DNA from: Paragordius varius
Taxonomy: Eukaryota > Animalia > Nematomorpha
DNA: 64,000 nucleotides
Assembly (NCBI GenBank): GCA_964247055.1
Contig: OZ176051.1
Location: forward strand, 3,844,001 to 3,908,000
Direction of reading: 5' to 3'
Position numbers and translations under genes: made by a program. Under the pieces are notes generated by a model that made no database searches, had not been told where the DNA came from, and was given only the letters and a program-made list of their open reading frames with translations. Positions 15,398-28,600 of the stretch are shown piece after piece (the stretch's first letter is position 1; every line of letters begins with the position of its first letter).

Positions 15398-15543
15398 TTT
15401 TTCTTCATATATATATAAATATTAAAATATGAGATCTTGTTGAAAGAGGTATCTAAAAAGTATATGATACGCGCAATTCACATATCCATATGACTAAAAT
15501 ATATAAAATATAGTTGATTGGTAATGCACGAAATGATGTGTAT

Positions 15544-16590
15544 TTAAACTATTGGAGATATTGTCCTTCTACGCATCTTATTAATCAACTTCTTTAGTTC
15601 TGATCTTAGAGCCGCTGAGCACAAAAAATATATATAATAATTGCTGGAAACATAAAAACTATCTAATAATGTATGGCCCAATATTATCCATATATCATTA
15701 AAAGTTGGAAAAGAAAAAAATTTTCTCAGAAATAATGCAAGTTCAGGCAGGTGTACTATCATATTTAGTCCTATTATAATGTTCAAATATTTTTGATTTT
15801 CTTTTCCTCTCTCCAACAGAAATAATACAGAGTTAGAGTTTCGTGAACGATGCGCTAAAAATTTTCTGACGCTCAAAATATAAAAATAATTAATAAAGCC
15901 CAAACTAACAAGTGTTGTTGCAGAAATAAAAATCTCCCTGATTATTTCATAGATCATATAGGATTTTGGTGAATCTATGAAAAAAATCGAATAAAACTCG
16001 ATAAAACCTTCTCTTACAGATTTATCCTCATGATTTGCTAAATTGATTTGGGTATATTGTTCCATGCATATTATATATCTAATAAACATGGGTGTGAGTA
16101 ATAAAGCTATCACAAATAGTGGAATATGAAAGATAAAATAGTTCTTATAACGGTAAAACTTATTTGGCCAAATCGCAGAATGTATCATCAGATATTTATC
16201 AATCATGAGCATTATAATTAGGATAAGGTGGATTATTAATAATGATTGATAAATTATAGTTGTTAAGAATAATATGTTTAACCATATAATAACTTTAACA
16301 ATAGAACTTTTGTTATCACATGGAGCAAACGTTGGAATCGTATAATTTATAGTCAAATTTAATCCAATATTAATATATGCAATAATTTTTAATATTGTTA
16401 AAAATGAATATTGATTATGAAGAATACGGGCTGGTATTCTCAGAATTAGAAATATTATCAAGATATTCCCCAAAATTCCATGAATATATAAAATACACCA
16501 AAATGTCTTTAAAATTGGATTTATTTTGTAATTTATTATATTGTTAATACAATGGATTTGAAGAGTAGCATTAGTTTCTGAGAAATTCAT
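15544..16590 (-). CDS. Single-exon rhodopsin-class (class A) 7TM receptor, neuropeptide/chemoreceptor-like, 348 aa
   Basis: Long ORF with about seven hydrophobic segments, TM1 GILGNIL, DRY-like IDKY at the end of TM3, NPxxY-like SNYYIY followed by helix-8-like LRSELKKL. Confidence 0.8.
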   Translation of the reverse strand: MNFSETNATLQIHCINNIINYKINPILKTFWCILYIHGILGNILIIFLILRIPARILHNQYSFLTILKIIAYINIGLNLTINYTIPTFAPCDNKSSIVKVIIWLNILFLTTIIYQSLLIIHLILIIMLMIDKYLMIHSAIWPNKFYRYKNYFIFHIPLFVIALLLTPMFIRYIICMEQYTQINLANHEDKSVREGFIEFYSIFFIDSPKSYMIYEIIREIFISATTLVSLGFINYFYILSVRKFLAHRSRNSNSVLFLLERGKENQKYLNIIIGLNMIVHLPELALFLRKFFSFPTFNDIWIILGHTLLDSFYVSSNYYIYFLCSAALRSELKKLINKMRRRTISPIV

Positions 16591-17370
16591 TAATCAATTT
16601 TTTATAATTAATACCTTATTAATACTCTAAAAATTTCAGATAAATATCAAACAGAAATTTTAAAATATAAAAAATATTCCACCTATAGATTATTAATTAG
16701 ATAAATGAAGATGTTTATTGTAAATTACATGTTTACAATAATTAGGTTCATAAATGTAATGCCAAAAAATATCCTTTGCGCGAACCTATTGACGTTGTTT
16801 TAAAAACTCCAAGGTATCATTTATTCAATGCATCTTCAGTATTAATAAGACCATATAAAAAATACTCATTAATATTATGTTAATGTGCATTGGTACTTAC
16901 ATAATTACATTTATGAAATGATTAAACACAACTCCATGATAAAAATGGCAACCATTGAACGAGGAATGTTTAATTTAAATATTATTAATTAAAATAAGTA
17001 TATAAATCTATTTTATATTAAGTCATGGTCGCTTTACGGACATTGCTATAATTAAAAATCAAAATAATTAATTATTTGTACTATTGGGATATACTTCATA
17101 CTAGGGGGATTTAATTGAAATATATTAAAACTCTATCTTTGATGAAACTTACATGGCCCTTTAATTGTAAATTAAATATTTTTATCAAATGTAATCATTC
17201 TGCCGCAAAATATTTTTTTAACTTAAATCTATTTAATTGATTTACCATTTTGATTAATATTGACTCATAAGATAATTTCACATCAAATATTCAGTTTTTT
17301 TAAATTTCATTTTTTCCAAGGATTTAAACTAATAAGAAGTAGACGATTTTTAAAAATCTTGTTCAAAAAT

Positions 17371-18331
17371 ACTAGCTGTAATCATAAGTTTCTACTGGTT
17401 TGTTGGTAAAAACAAGTAATATTAAAGGGATATCGGTTTGCACAATCCCATCTCTCAGAAAATCTATGAGTGTCATGCCAGAAAAACTGACTAACTTTTG
17501 CAAACCATTTTCTAGCGCCTTATATATTATTGAAATACCCCTATGCGAGCGTGTGCCCCATTCATGTTAAGAGTTAGAAATGGCACCGCAGAGTACGGCG
17601 AATGCGGAAGTCCCATCGAAGCGATTTCAAGGCGTCCAGATTTTGCTGCATGAGACGGAGCATTGTCAAACATCAAAATCATGCCATATCCAGTTCCGGT
17701 CATTTTCGATTAAAGTATCGTTCATCGAGAGCCTATTGTATTAATGGTTTCACTAGGCTTATAAAGTTGATAATACACAATACCGCTATCAACAGACACA
17801 ATTTTCTTGACGAAGCAATTAAGGCTTGCAGTTGATGAACCGGCTTGAGACGAAAGCCAGGATAAGATACTTTGTTATTTTAATATGTATTGATTTTTAC
17901 CTTTATTTGTAAACATCCACTGATTGTTATTTATGATACATGGCTTAATTCACGATATGGGTCTCATCCAATAACTCTTAAAGATATCTGCCTTTGCTGT
18001 TGTACTAGGGCGCTAAAATCTTTCCTATGAAATCCTAACTTTAATTTAACAACCATATGTTTAGCAGCAAAAGATGACTTTCAGTGGCTTTATTCCTTTG
18101 TTTGCGTAAATGAAGCTATGCGTCCGCGAATGATTTTTTTCAGGCACAAAATATACATGATTGGTAAGGATAAACAAAAGAAGTAATTTTGGGCGGACCT
18201 AACATGTGTGTGTTTGCCATTTATTATTGGGATGAACGAAATGGCATCTTTGTCAAATTGATTGGCTTCGCACTTTTTTTACTGAGGTCGTCCCTTACTT
18301 AAACCGGTAATGACTTATGAATAAACCTAGT
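17371..18331 (-). mobile_element. Decayed, internally deleted mariner (Tc1/mariner) DNA transposon
   Basis: Broken-frame transposase motifs on minus: (G)DETHI, GIVYYQLYKPSETIN, FDNAPSHAAK, LPHSPYS, KWFAKVSQFFWHDTHRFSERW. Imperfect 29-bp inverted termini at 17371-17399 and 18303-18331 (22/29 match). Confidence 0.8.
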
Positions 18332-19486
18332 TTAATTATATTTTAACAAAGAAACTCTAAATATTTTATATAATCATCATTAATCACTGGTGGCAAAATA
18401 GGAGCCCAAAAAATGGATAATAATATACTGCGACGGCTTATAATATGATTGCTTAAAAAGGAAAACCATTTTTTATTTTTATTTCAAATAATATATATAT
18501 ATATTGATAAAAAATGTCCCAAGAACCTTATGGCAATGATTTTATGTCAATTATGTTAGTAAGTTAGTAGATAAACTCTCTCATCAAATTTAAAAATATG
18601 CAAATCACATTAATACGAAAAGAAAAGTGAGAATTTTTTTTGGAAGCTATTTTTAAGATATGTTTTAGCTGAAAACTGTAAAAAACTTAAAAACACCATC
18701 AATTATCGTTAAAACTTTTTTTCCCACCGATGCAATTGATGAATTTAAATAAAACTCTCATTTTATATATATCTAAGTATAAAAAAATGGTTCAATTTTC
18801 TCTTTATTTATTAAAAAAAACTAAATTATTAAATCAAGCTGTTAGCACCCGTTTTACATTCATACACCCATCTATCAAAAAGCATCAAGATGTCCTTATG
18901 TACATTAAAATCAAATTTAAATGTATCTATTAATAATGGGACTATAATTCAGCAATAATTGAATGAATTTATTAAAGTGAATTTTCGATTATATCAAGTA
19001 ATCTTTGTCAAACGTAAAAATAAAATTAAAATATAAACTAAATTAAAGTATAAATTAAAAATATTAAATGAGAATGAAACAAAAAAACATGTGTGTAATG
19101 TTTTTAAGAACACTCTACGGGTAATAACCTGGGCATATAGATTATAAACGGTTTAATAGATTTTTCAAGCCCTATAGTTCTTCATACAGTCCCTCTTCAA
19201 AATATTTATTAAATAATAATGGCCATTTAAGATTTAAATATCCCTCATGAAGCCTTCATCTATCGTTTTTTGCCAGATTTCACCTCTGAGTAAGGCTGAA
19301 TAATGATAATATTCAGTTAGGCTTTGTGCAAACAATTTTAATGATTATTATATAACACAGTGTCCACAAATAAATTTCCTGACGAAATATATATATGTAT
19401 TTATTCTTATAGATAAAGTATTGGGATTATCATGGTGCTCTCGATTTTGGACTCACATTTGATAAAAGAAAAATATTTACACTTTT

Positions 19487-20330
19487 CTAATAATTGCAAC
19501 ATATTGAAATATCGCAAAATTTGCGCATATCATGCTACATAGATGTATGTTAAATGCCACGTTTCAATATGTATTATATTTAAAATCAAAATCAAATTTT
19601 AATTGTTAGATAAAAACCTCAATTTTTTTTGACACCTTCAAAATGGGATATTTTTTTAAAAAGAGGGATGCCGAGACTTTGCGATAATTTAAATTGTGCT
19701 GATTTTAACTCCAAAAAAATAACAAATTTTGAATGAAGTATTCTTCATGCTATATTGAAGTACCATGGAAACGGTATAAATACATTTCTTCAAAATTCTA
19801 TGATGCGATTTCTCTCACCTCAGAATTTTAATTCAAGGTTAGTTTTCAAATTATATTAAAAAAATGAACAATTTATCAATATAAAATTGAAGACACACGA
19901 ATTTTTCAATCGAATTCTGAGATGATAGAAAGGATCATCATCCCATTTATATGGAAAAAATGTTTTTGTAATATCTTAAAGAGTTTTAAACCGATCCCCT
20001 ATGCTTCAAAATATGATGTACTCAACAAAATTTTGCTAAAAATTAAATTTTAATAAGGAGTGTGGAATGTTTGCAAAAAATGATGCCATGATCTGTCATA
20101 AATTTAAAATTTTATCGCAAAATCTCGACATTTTGTCATTACTTTAAGACTAGCCCCTTTTAGAGGGGGCAAAAATTTGAGATTTTTGGAGCCTACACAT
20201 AAAAATTAAAATTTTACAAATATCATGTTTTGCTTAATTTAGTTTATAAAGTATATTAATGATATTTTGAAAATTCATTTAGCATAATGTGCGCAAATCT
20301 TGCGAATTTACGATATGAAGCAATTATCAC
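19487..20330. mobile_element. Degenerate non-autonomous element with ~50-bp imperfect inverted ends; internal part related to 22540-22870
   Basis: ataattgcaacatattgaaatatcgcaaaatttgcgcatatcatgct (~19489) is an imperfect inverse of agcataatgtgcgcaaatcttgcgaatttacgatatgaagcaattat (~20281). caacaaaattttgctaaaaattaaatttt occurs at both ~20024 and ~22600. Confidence 0.5.
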
Positions 20331-23300
20331 AAAAGTGTAAAAAAATTTTATATCACAAGACCCAAAACCAAGAGACATTTATTTGCAGTATAAATAAACT
20401 TGTTCGATAAAAAAATGCTCTGTCGCTTTTCCCCCGATCTAGGTCAAAACACAAGGCTATAAACTGAAATAATAACCATTATTTAATTTAAATAGTAGAA
20501 TACATTTTCAAGAAATTTTTTTAATGTCATTATTTTTTTTAGGCTTAGGAAACACATATTCGGGTGAGATTTGGATTTAGAAATTTCAATAATTTGCCAT
20601 CACTACTATTAGTCCTGGGCAAGTGAGTGTTAAAGATTTTGTATTTTTACCAGAGATTGCTATGCTTTCATTAATATGTAGTAAAAGGGTAAAACAAAAT
20701 TTGTATAACATGTATTTCTTATACTTATAAAAACAATCTAGGCAAATATCCATAAAATAACCTTACAAACTTGTATAAAGGCTATAATTTTTAGTATAAG
20801 AAAGTTATTATCGATTAAAACGATATGGAATACACTAAACTTCTCCATGAATGCTTTTCAATGTTTTCATATTTAGTTGTGAGTTTTGCTTATTCATGTA
20901 AATAAACGATATAAAAATAGATTATCCGGGTATAAAAAGTTTACGTATAATAACATGATAATATCACAAGTGTGTATTATTTTTAGTAAAAATGAAGCTT
21001 GTGAAATTTAGTGTTTTTGGAAATAACTTTTTCAGAAAAAATAAGGGTTAGTGATATAAAATTAGGACAATACCTCAAAAATTGATTTATAAAAGTCAGC
21101 GATAAATAACTATAAAATTTGATAATTGAGGCCTCTAATAAAATCCATATATTTAAAAAATGCAAAATGAAAGCATTTTTCTGGAAAACCTGTATCACGA
21201 TTTAAATTAAATAATTCTTTTATATTCATTTCTATTTGTGTCGACCGACTACAGTCCAATTCTTTTTTTCTATTAACCCGTATTCGGCCCAATTCTGGTC
21301 AATACTATGTTTTTGAAAAATGCCAGCCCCATATTACTCTCGTAAAACGCCTATTTTCACAATAACGGATACTTTATCTTCAATGGGCCAACTGGCCGAC
21401 ATTTTTAATTCGATCTTGTACATAGTCTCACGATGTATAAATAAAGATTAAAAAACAAAACCACAAAAATCGTGTTCTTAAAGCAATTTCAAGGAAAATA
21501 CCCATGTCCCCTCAAAAATATTATTGAAAATTTTATATTCAGTTATAAATACGCCGAGCATAGTAGATACTTTTTCTTTGTTGTATTGTTAGCGCCCCCT
21601 TTAATATATTTTTTGATAAAATGAATCCCGAAAAAAATTATTCTATTTTGAAAAACGTATGAGAACAAATAAAGTTACAGGAAAGCGTATAGGCTTTTTT
21701 GACTCCTGTAAAATCGTTATTTTCAAACCACCCACACTTTCTTTCGATCCACTATTTTGATAAACTCATTCACAAATCATCGTTTCGGTTAAATCAAGCC
21801 AATACTCGGTTTTTTATAAAGCTCTAGATTTTACATACTATTATCGTTATAAAAAACTATATTTTTAGCTTGTGAGGACTTCAAGACGGAGAAAAATATT
21901 ACTTTTTATACAGAAATTTTATAAAACAAGAATTTAAATCAGTTGTACTCAGCAAAATTTTTAAAGGGTCATAAAAAAATAATCTTTAAAGGGCCCTGCA
22001 ATACCGATAAATTTTTTATAGCTTACTTATACTCAAAACAAGTAAATATAAATAATAATTCAGGGCCATACAAAAGATATTTTAGGACCGCAGGCCCTTG
22101 AGCTCCTGTTTGAGTACGAATTTAAATGTTAAAGCTTTTACATTAAAAAAATATGTAACTCCAAATATTCCAAGCTTGTATCCAGCCACATATATTTAAC
22201 TTGATATTTTATATGGATAACTTACAATCAAACAGAATATGTAGGTCATATCATAAGATTCGATTAGTTAAAGAAAAAAATCCAGGTTGGAAGGGAACCC
22301 GGAAAAAAGGCCGGTCTAAAACCAGGAAGATTAATAAATCAGTTAATATCACATTCCTCCAAATGATTCGAGGAACTCAAGTTAATAAATGTAGGTATCA
22401 TTCTAAGATAAAACTAGGCAACTCATGTCTTAGAACGACACCCCTGAATTATTTTTATTTATTTTGCAAAGCATCTTAAAATTTCAATCTGACATTCTTT
22501 TCCCAAAAAAATTTTTTTATTATTTATTGGGTAGTTACAATATCTAAAAGTGGTTTGTAACCATTTCCCTCATGACTCAAAATACTATAAGGTACATTTC
22601 AACAAAATTTTGCTAAAAATTAAATTTTAAAAAAAATGCATTTTTTAAAAATATTTTTAGTTTATAAAAATTTAGCATATATTTAAAAATTTTATCATGA
22701 AATTCCGGCATTTTTAAGGGGGACTAGCTCATTTTAGAAGAGCATAATTGGAACTTTCGGAGTCCACATCAAAAAATAAATTTTTTGAAAATATTGTTTT
22801 GCTTATTGTATGTAGTTTAAATAATATTTTAGTGATATTTTTGGAATGAAGCCTCTAGCTTTTACCAAAAAAAATTATAGAAGATAATATGCTTAAATTT
22901 TGCCATTTTCTGATTTGGAACAATTACCAAACTGAAAATAATTTACTTACATCAGTCGTAAGAGCTATGTTTCATCAAATTAATATTTTAAAAAAGTAAT
23001 AAATTATATTTCTGTTGAAAGTTTCGGAAAAAGGTATATCAGTGTTAATACAGATAAATAGATTTAGAACATGAAAAAAAATCCGTTTTATACAATGCTG
23101 CATTTTCATGGTGTAAATTTATCAAACATTTGATTGAAATTAAATTATATTTTTTTATGATCAATGATTTGATAAGTAGTGTGGTAAAGTAATCCGATAA
23201 TATTATTGTTTTACACAATATATAACAATATAGCCAAACCTACGGTCCCAATTAGACGTACTCATAATAATTATTAAATTTTATTTCAATATTATTTATT

Positions 23301-23335
23301 TAAACAAATAAAATCTTGAAAACAAATATGCAAAA

Positions 23336-23548
23336 CTAAGCTTCGATTTCTAAGATTAAATATATAAAAAACTTGAAATCGGCTTGCCATTTTCCCATTT
23401 CGTAACTTTAATGTTTACACCAGAAGTATCCTTTTTGCCTTCTGTTTTGATTATTTTTCGTAAAGCCTGTGCCGCAAACCGAGAATATTGAACATAACTA
23501 TAAATAAGTAAATATTTACGATATTGCAAGATTTCTCCAACTGGTCAT
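23336..23548 (-). CDS. ATP5F1E: Mitochondrial ATP synthase F1 epsilon subunit (stunted-like)
   Basis: Exons 23548-23520, 23497-23373 and probably 23349-23336 give MTSWRNLAISYVQYSRFAAQALRKIIKTEGKKDTSGVNIKVTKWENGKPISKIEA, matching the epsilon pattern MxxWRxxxxxYxxYS...WxNGKP. Absent from the ORF track. Confidence 0.9.
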
Positions 23549-23607
23549 GCTTTTAATAATATTAGAGTGCTAGCATCTGTTTTTATTTGGTATATGGTAA
23601 AATTTTT
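23549..23607. promoter_or_regulatory. Inferred bidirectional promoter, ATP5F1E/RCE1
   Basis: Only 59 nt separate the two divergent ATGs. Confidence 0.55.
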
Positions 23608-25301
23608 ATGAAAGATTTCTATTATGCAGTTGCCTACTGTATATTCATATCTATATTATATGTCAGCGGTTTATATCTAAGTCCTAATAAATATGCTAGG
23701 TATTTTATACCATAATTTGTCAGAGATGATACCAATGTTATTTTATGGCGTTTTTTATTTGTGTCCATAACATGCATAATAGCAGTTTTAATACCCTATT
23801 TTGTGAACAAAAATGTCGTATATTGCTTGAATGTTAAGAAGGATTGTCTTTTCTCCGCATTTTTTCTTCCATTTATACATGTTTTGGTGAGCAAATTTTA
23901 TTTATATATAAAATACAATCTGGGGCCAACAAAGTTCTATTGCAACCTCCCCGCGGTGTTGGCTGGGGCATGAAAATACTCTAACGGCAAAGACCATTTT
24001 CTAAACATGCGCAAAATTATTTGTGCATAAGGGCATGTGTTACGTAAAAAATTGCCTCAGATTACCACAAATATTATGAATATGAGTTACTGCGTGTACG
24101 AAAACTCCGAATTCGGAGTCCTACCCTTTATGATGATAAATATACAATCCCATACTAAACACCCATAAATTTGTTTTACGATCTGCTTTATAAAAATCGC
24201 TTTCGGAACACACTTAGGCTGATAATTTGTTATTATTCCAATAGGTTTAAACTTTTAAAGTAATATATAAACCAAAATAACTAATCTTTTAGAAAAAATT
24301 ATTATACACAGATTTCGCAGAGGCTATCGCAATTATATATAATTTGGTAAAATGCATTTTGAAATTTTACGCTATAATGCAATTTGAATTATTTATGACA
24401 TTTATTATGATATATAAATTAACAATAAATTTGAATTAAAATAAGCCTATTATTTAATAAGAGGATATTTTATAATTGTAATATAAAAATTATTTGGGCA
24501 AAATTTACTTAATTTAATATAATAAACGGTTGGTTAGAATTTGCAATATTTTTCTTTTGGCTTATTGTTTTTTATTGCCGTATTTTATATAATTCAATAA
24601 ACCTCTTAGATTTTGTTTGCCGCTCCCATCTTTCAACATATAGTTGACAATGAAATTTCCTCACGATCCAATAAAATAATATTTATCAGAAATTATGTAG
24701 TGGTAAATATTTTTATTTTCATATTAGGTAGGCTCCTTTCACCGAAGAATTTATATTTAGATGTTGTATGTTATCACTTTTAACGCGTTATTCTAGTGTT
24801 TTAACATCAATACTCATATCATCATTTCTTTTTGGCTTGGGTATATATATATTTAATGTGTATATAATGTTAGCTCATTTACATCACATATTTGAGAATG
24901 TGTATCAAGGAATAAATTTGTCCCACGCCTTATTCGTATCAAGTTTAATGTTAATAAAACGTTTTTTATTAGTCATACAATTTTCGTACACTACAGTGTT
25001 TGGATTGTATGTTTCAACTGTGTACATCATAACAGGTACCAAATTTTTTTGAAATAATTTTTTATCAAATATTTAAGAAATCTTATTTTTTAATGACGCA
25101 GATCATTTAATTTCATGTTTTACCATTCATGCATTTTGCAATACAATTGGTTTTCCCGATTTTCAACGCATATGGAAACACCCAAACTCACTTTATCGCT
25201 TAATTATGCGGGCCCTTTTAATATTTGGCTTGTTGGGTTGGCTCGTCACATGGCCATACGTTATGAATCCTACTATATATGCCAACAAAAATACAATATA
25301 A
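23608..25301 (+). CDS. RCE1: CAAX prenyl protease 2 (Rce1 / type II CAAX endopeptidase)
   Basis: Exons 23608-23699, 23724-23886, 24610-24702, 24732-24840, 24874-24942, 24973-25035, 25102-25301. Motifs RNYVVAPFTEEFIFRCCM, FGLAHLHH, QFSYTTVFG, HAFCNTIGFP. Confidence 0.92.
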
Positions 25302-25622
25302 ACAGACATAAAAATTGAAAAAAACATTGTACCTGAATAAAAATATATTTATACATTTATTGTATTTATATGGACTTTGTGCAAATAAATAACGGTGTAA
25401 ATACATTTATGCTTATAAAAATATGATTTGCAATTTTTCCATTTCGTAAACTATAATAGAACATTTTTTATCATATAAATATATATATATATTGATGGGT
25501 AATTAATTGCATTGTTTTATGTGGTTATAATAAAGTTACATTGGATACAACACAGACTAGGCCTCTTTCGCGATAATATTATAATGGAATGAATGATATT
25601 ACAAAAATTACATAAATGTGTT

Positions 25623-28600
25623 TCATTTTTTGTACAAATCCATAAAAACTTTCCAAAGAACTGAAAAAGTTAATCCTTGTAAGCCATTCACGGTTATTCG
25701 AGTCCCTAGGCCTCGGAGAAAAACACTATGAGCTAAAAAATAGGTAAAAATTAACAAAAATTTTGTCAAAGTTTGGGTAAAATTTTAATATGTATAATTG
25801 AAATAAAAATGAGAAAATCTCCAAATATCTCAAGAAATACCTTTAATATCATTAAACTCTTTTAAAATGTTGATCAATTCCGTTTTAACTTTAAATTAAA
25901 GTGGTTATTATTTAAATCTCAATCATAATTTTGATATAAATCCAATATTTCCCTTTTGTGCCCAAAAACACATATTTGCAAAAAAATTCATAATACTTCC
26001 AAAAAGGGGTGAAGTCCCACTCTTTGCACTATCTTGACCTATGACTTTGACAACATCCATATAACTCAAGGATTGGCCGCTTGTTTGTTTAACCGTTTTT
26101 ATGACACGCAAACTATTTGTTATACTGTCTGAAACGATTGACGCTGCAAAACCTAAAAAACATAAAACAAAAATTTGAAATATTTGTTTAAAAATTTGCT
26201 TACAGAAGAAATGATTTATTTTAACATAATGAATTAATTTACCTATGAATGCTTGTCGGCCCAAATCACATATTTTATAATCGATAGCTGGGGAATTGAG
26301 TATGGTTGGAACCAGGAAATGTCTAAACCATATTATTTATCATAAATGGCGCATCCCAAAAACAAGATTCATGAACTTTAGCTTGTCCTTATTATCATTC
26401 ATTTATCTGACTTCTAAATAATCTCATGGATAATTAACTACAAACGTCGTTAAAATTTACTTACATCTTACTCCAAAAGAAGCAAATAAATAGTAAGGGC
26501 GTATTTTTAGTCCTTATAATGAATTCATACAAAATTAGAAATCATGATATTGAGAATATTTTTATAAATATCACTTGACAATGTTTTTTACATAAAGAAT
26601 TGATTTCTATAGTGAAAAACATGTATTTTCCCCACAATAGGGATTATGAGGGTAAAGTCTACTGTAATTACAAGGTATGTAAAATTTAAGAAAAAAAAAT
26701 CAACTTTGTTTTAGCCAATTGTGTAGAGGGTGTCTCCTTTTCTATATTATCCGCTAATGGTTTTGGTTTAGGCAATTTTTCTGACAAGTAATTATAAGTT
26801 GCAAACCATGGGTAATGACCAGCAAGTGTTGCCGCAAACGTAGCTCCCATACCATGATACAATACTCTTATACCGTTTGTACGAATTTTTTGGAGCAATA
26901 TTTGGGTCCCTTGTTTACCTACAACACCATGAAAAAAAATGTATATTATATTTCATGATAAATGCATTAACATATATGACTTTATTAACAATCGAGATTA
27001 TTACGATATACCATTTGATTTAACAAAAAAGAAAAGAAGAGTGAAATAATAAAATTGATGGGGAATGAAAATCTATATCTACTCTAAAGACAAAAGGATT
27101 GTAACATATGTATTTGCATAATAAACCAAAAAACATTACCGACCAACCAAAAGAAACAAATGTTCAAAAAACAAATTTTCAAAAAACACATCATGAAATT
27201 AGCTATTATATACCTACCTTCAACCTGTTTTATCGTTTTCCAAGCATCGATAGGCATGAGATTAAGTCTCCAAAAAGCAGCTATCCCCGAAGCAAAAACA
27301 GTTTTAACCGCTACTGGGAGTTGTGAAAAGTAGGGGTGATGTTCGGTTACGAGGAGGACGCCTTCATTGGCGGCCGCATCTCCGAAACGTGAAAGGGGTG
27401 CTTGAACCATGGCTTGGGGGTAACCACGGTACATACTTTTGATAACGTATATACCATTTACAGTTCAAGTTCACCCTCGAACAATTCAAATTCACCCTTG
27501 AACAATTCAAATTCACCTTCGAACAATTCAAATTCACCCTAAAAATAAATTATGTGTTTTCAAACTAGTATAATTCATTATTAATATGAAATATATGTGT
27601 TATAGTTTATTATTTTTTCAGTATTATTTTAATTTAAAACAAAACTTTTATTTTTAAAAATATATAAAATATAGGTAATTTTTAATCTTAAAAAACATTT
27701 ATTTTATTTGAGGGTGAATTTAAATTGTTCGAGGGTGAATTTGAATTGTTCAAGGGTGAATTTGAATTGTTTAAGGGTGAAATTGAATTGTTTAAGGGTG
27801 AAATTGAACTGTAAATGGTATATAATAAAAAAACCCTGTCAATTATAAGAAAATATAATGGTAAATTGTTGCGGTTTACGGTTAAATGGTTACGTGATTT
27901 GGAATGAAATTCAAAATTGGTTTTGAGTCTCGCTTAATTTTTGGTAAATTCTATTGGTTATATTGGAATTTAATGTGAACAAATACATAAATTATATATG
28001 TTTCCGGCTCCAAAAAAAATATTTTGCCAAATATCATTTATTATGCATATAGTATAATTATCTTAACCAATTTAAAAAAAAATACATATATAAATATTTA
28101 AAAAATGGACGATATCAAAGTTTGTGTGCTGATAAAGTTAGTTTTTATTCCAAACATCCACTATTCACAACTTCAAAATATTTTTTTGACTTCAATAAAT
28201 TTTACGAGAATACAAATTATTATTTTAACATAAAATATTCGTTCTCGTTGACAATATTAATAAATGAAAAGCTTGCACAATGACAAATCAATATCAAAAT
28301 ATCCAATCATATAATATACAAGATTTTATAAGATAAAATCAGAGCTTCGAACCGGGAACCACCCCGGTTCTATCTATAATTTTTAGAAATTCACCCGGTT
28401 CCGGTTCCAGTTTAACCCCCTTAATTACTGGTTCCCATATGATTTTTATTATAAAAATTTTATTTTATTATTTAAATTTGATTGTACCACTACACATTAC
28501 AACTTACTTCAAACCTATAACTAAGCGGCTAATATTAGCGATACTCTCTGAATTATGGACGATTCGGCTCCTCTAAAAAAACTAAGTCATAACTCAAGTT

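Noticed and set aside
15544-16590. GPCR nested in the first coding intron of InR
   Set aside because: A signal-peptide exon lies at 15397-15307, joined by a 26-nt intron, so the GPCR is upstream of the InR coding sequence. Nesting in a UTR intron remains possible.
17602-17835. 77-aa plus-strand ORF
   Set aside because: Antisense to the decayed mariner transposase.
20983-22479. Short ORFs at 20983-21292 and 22201-22479
   Set aside because: Lie among degenerate repeats with no recognisable domain or splice structure; may be transposon debris.
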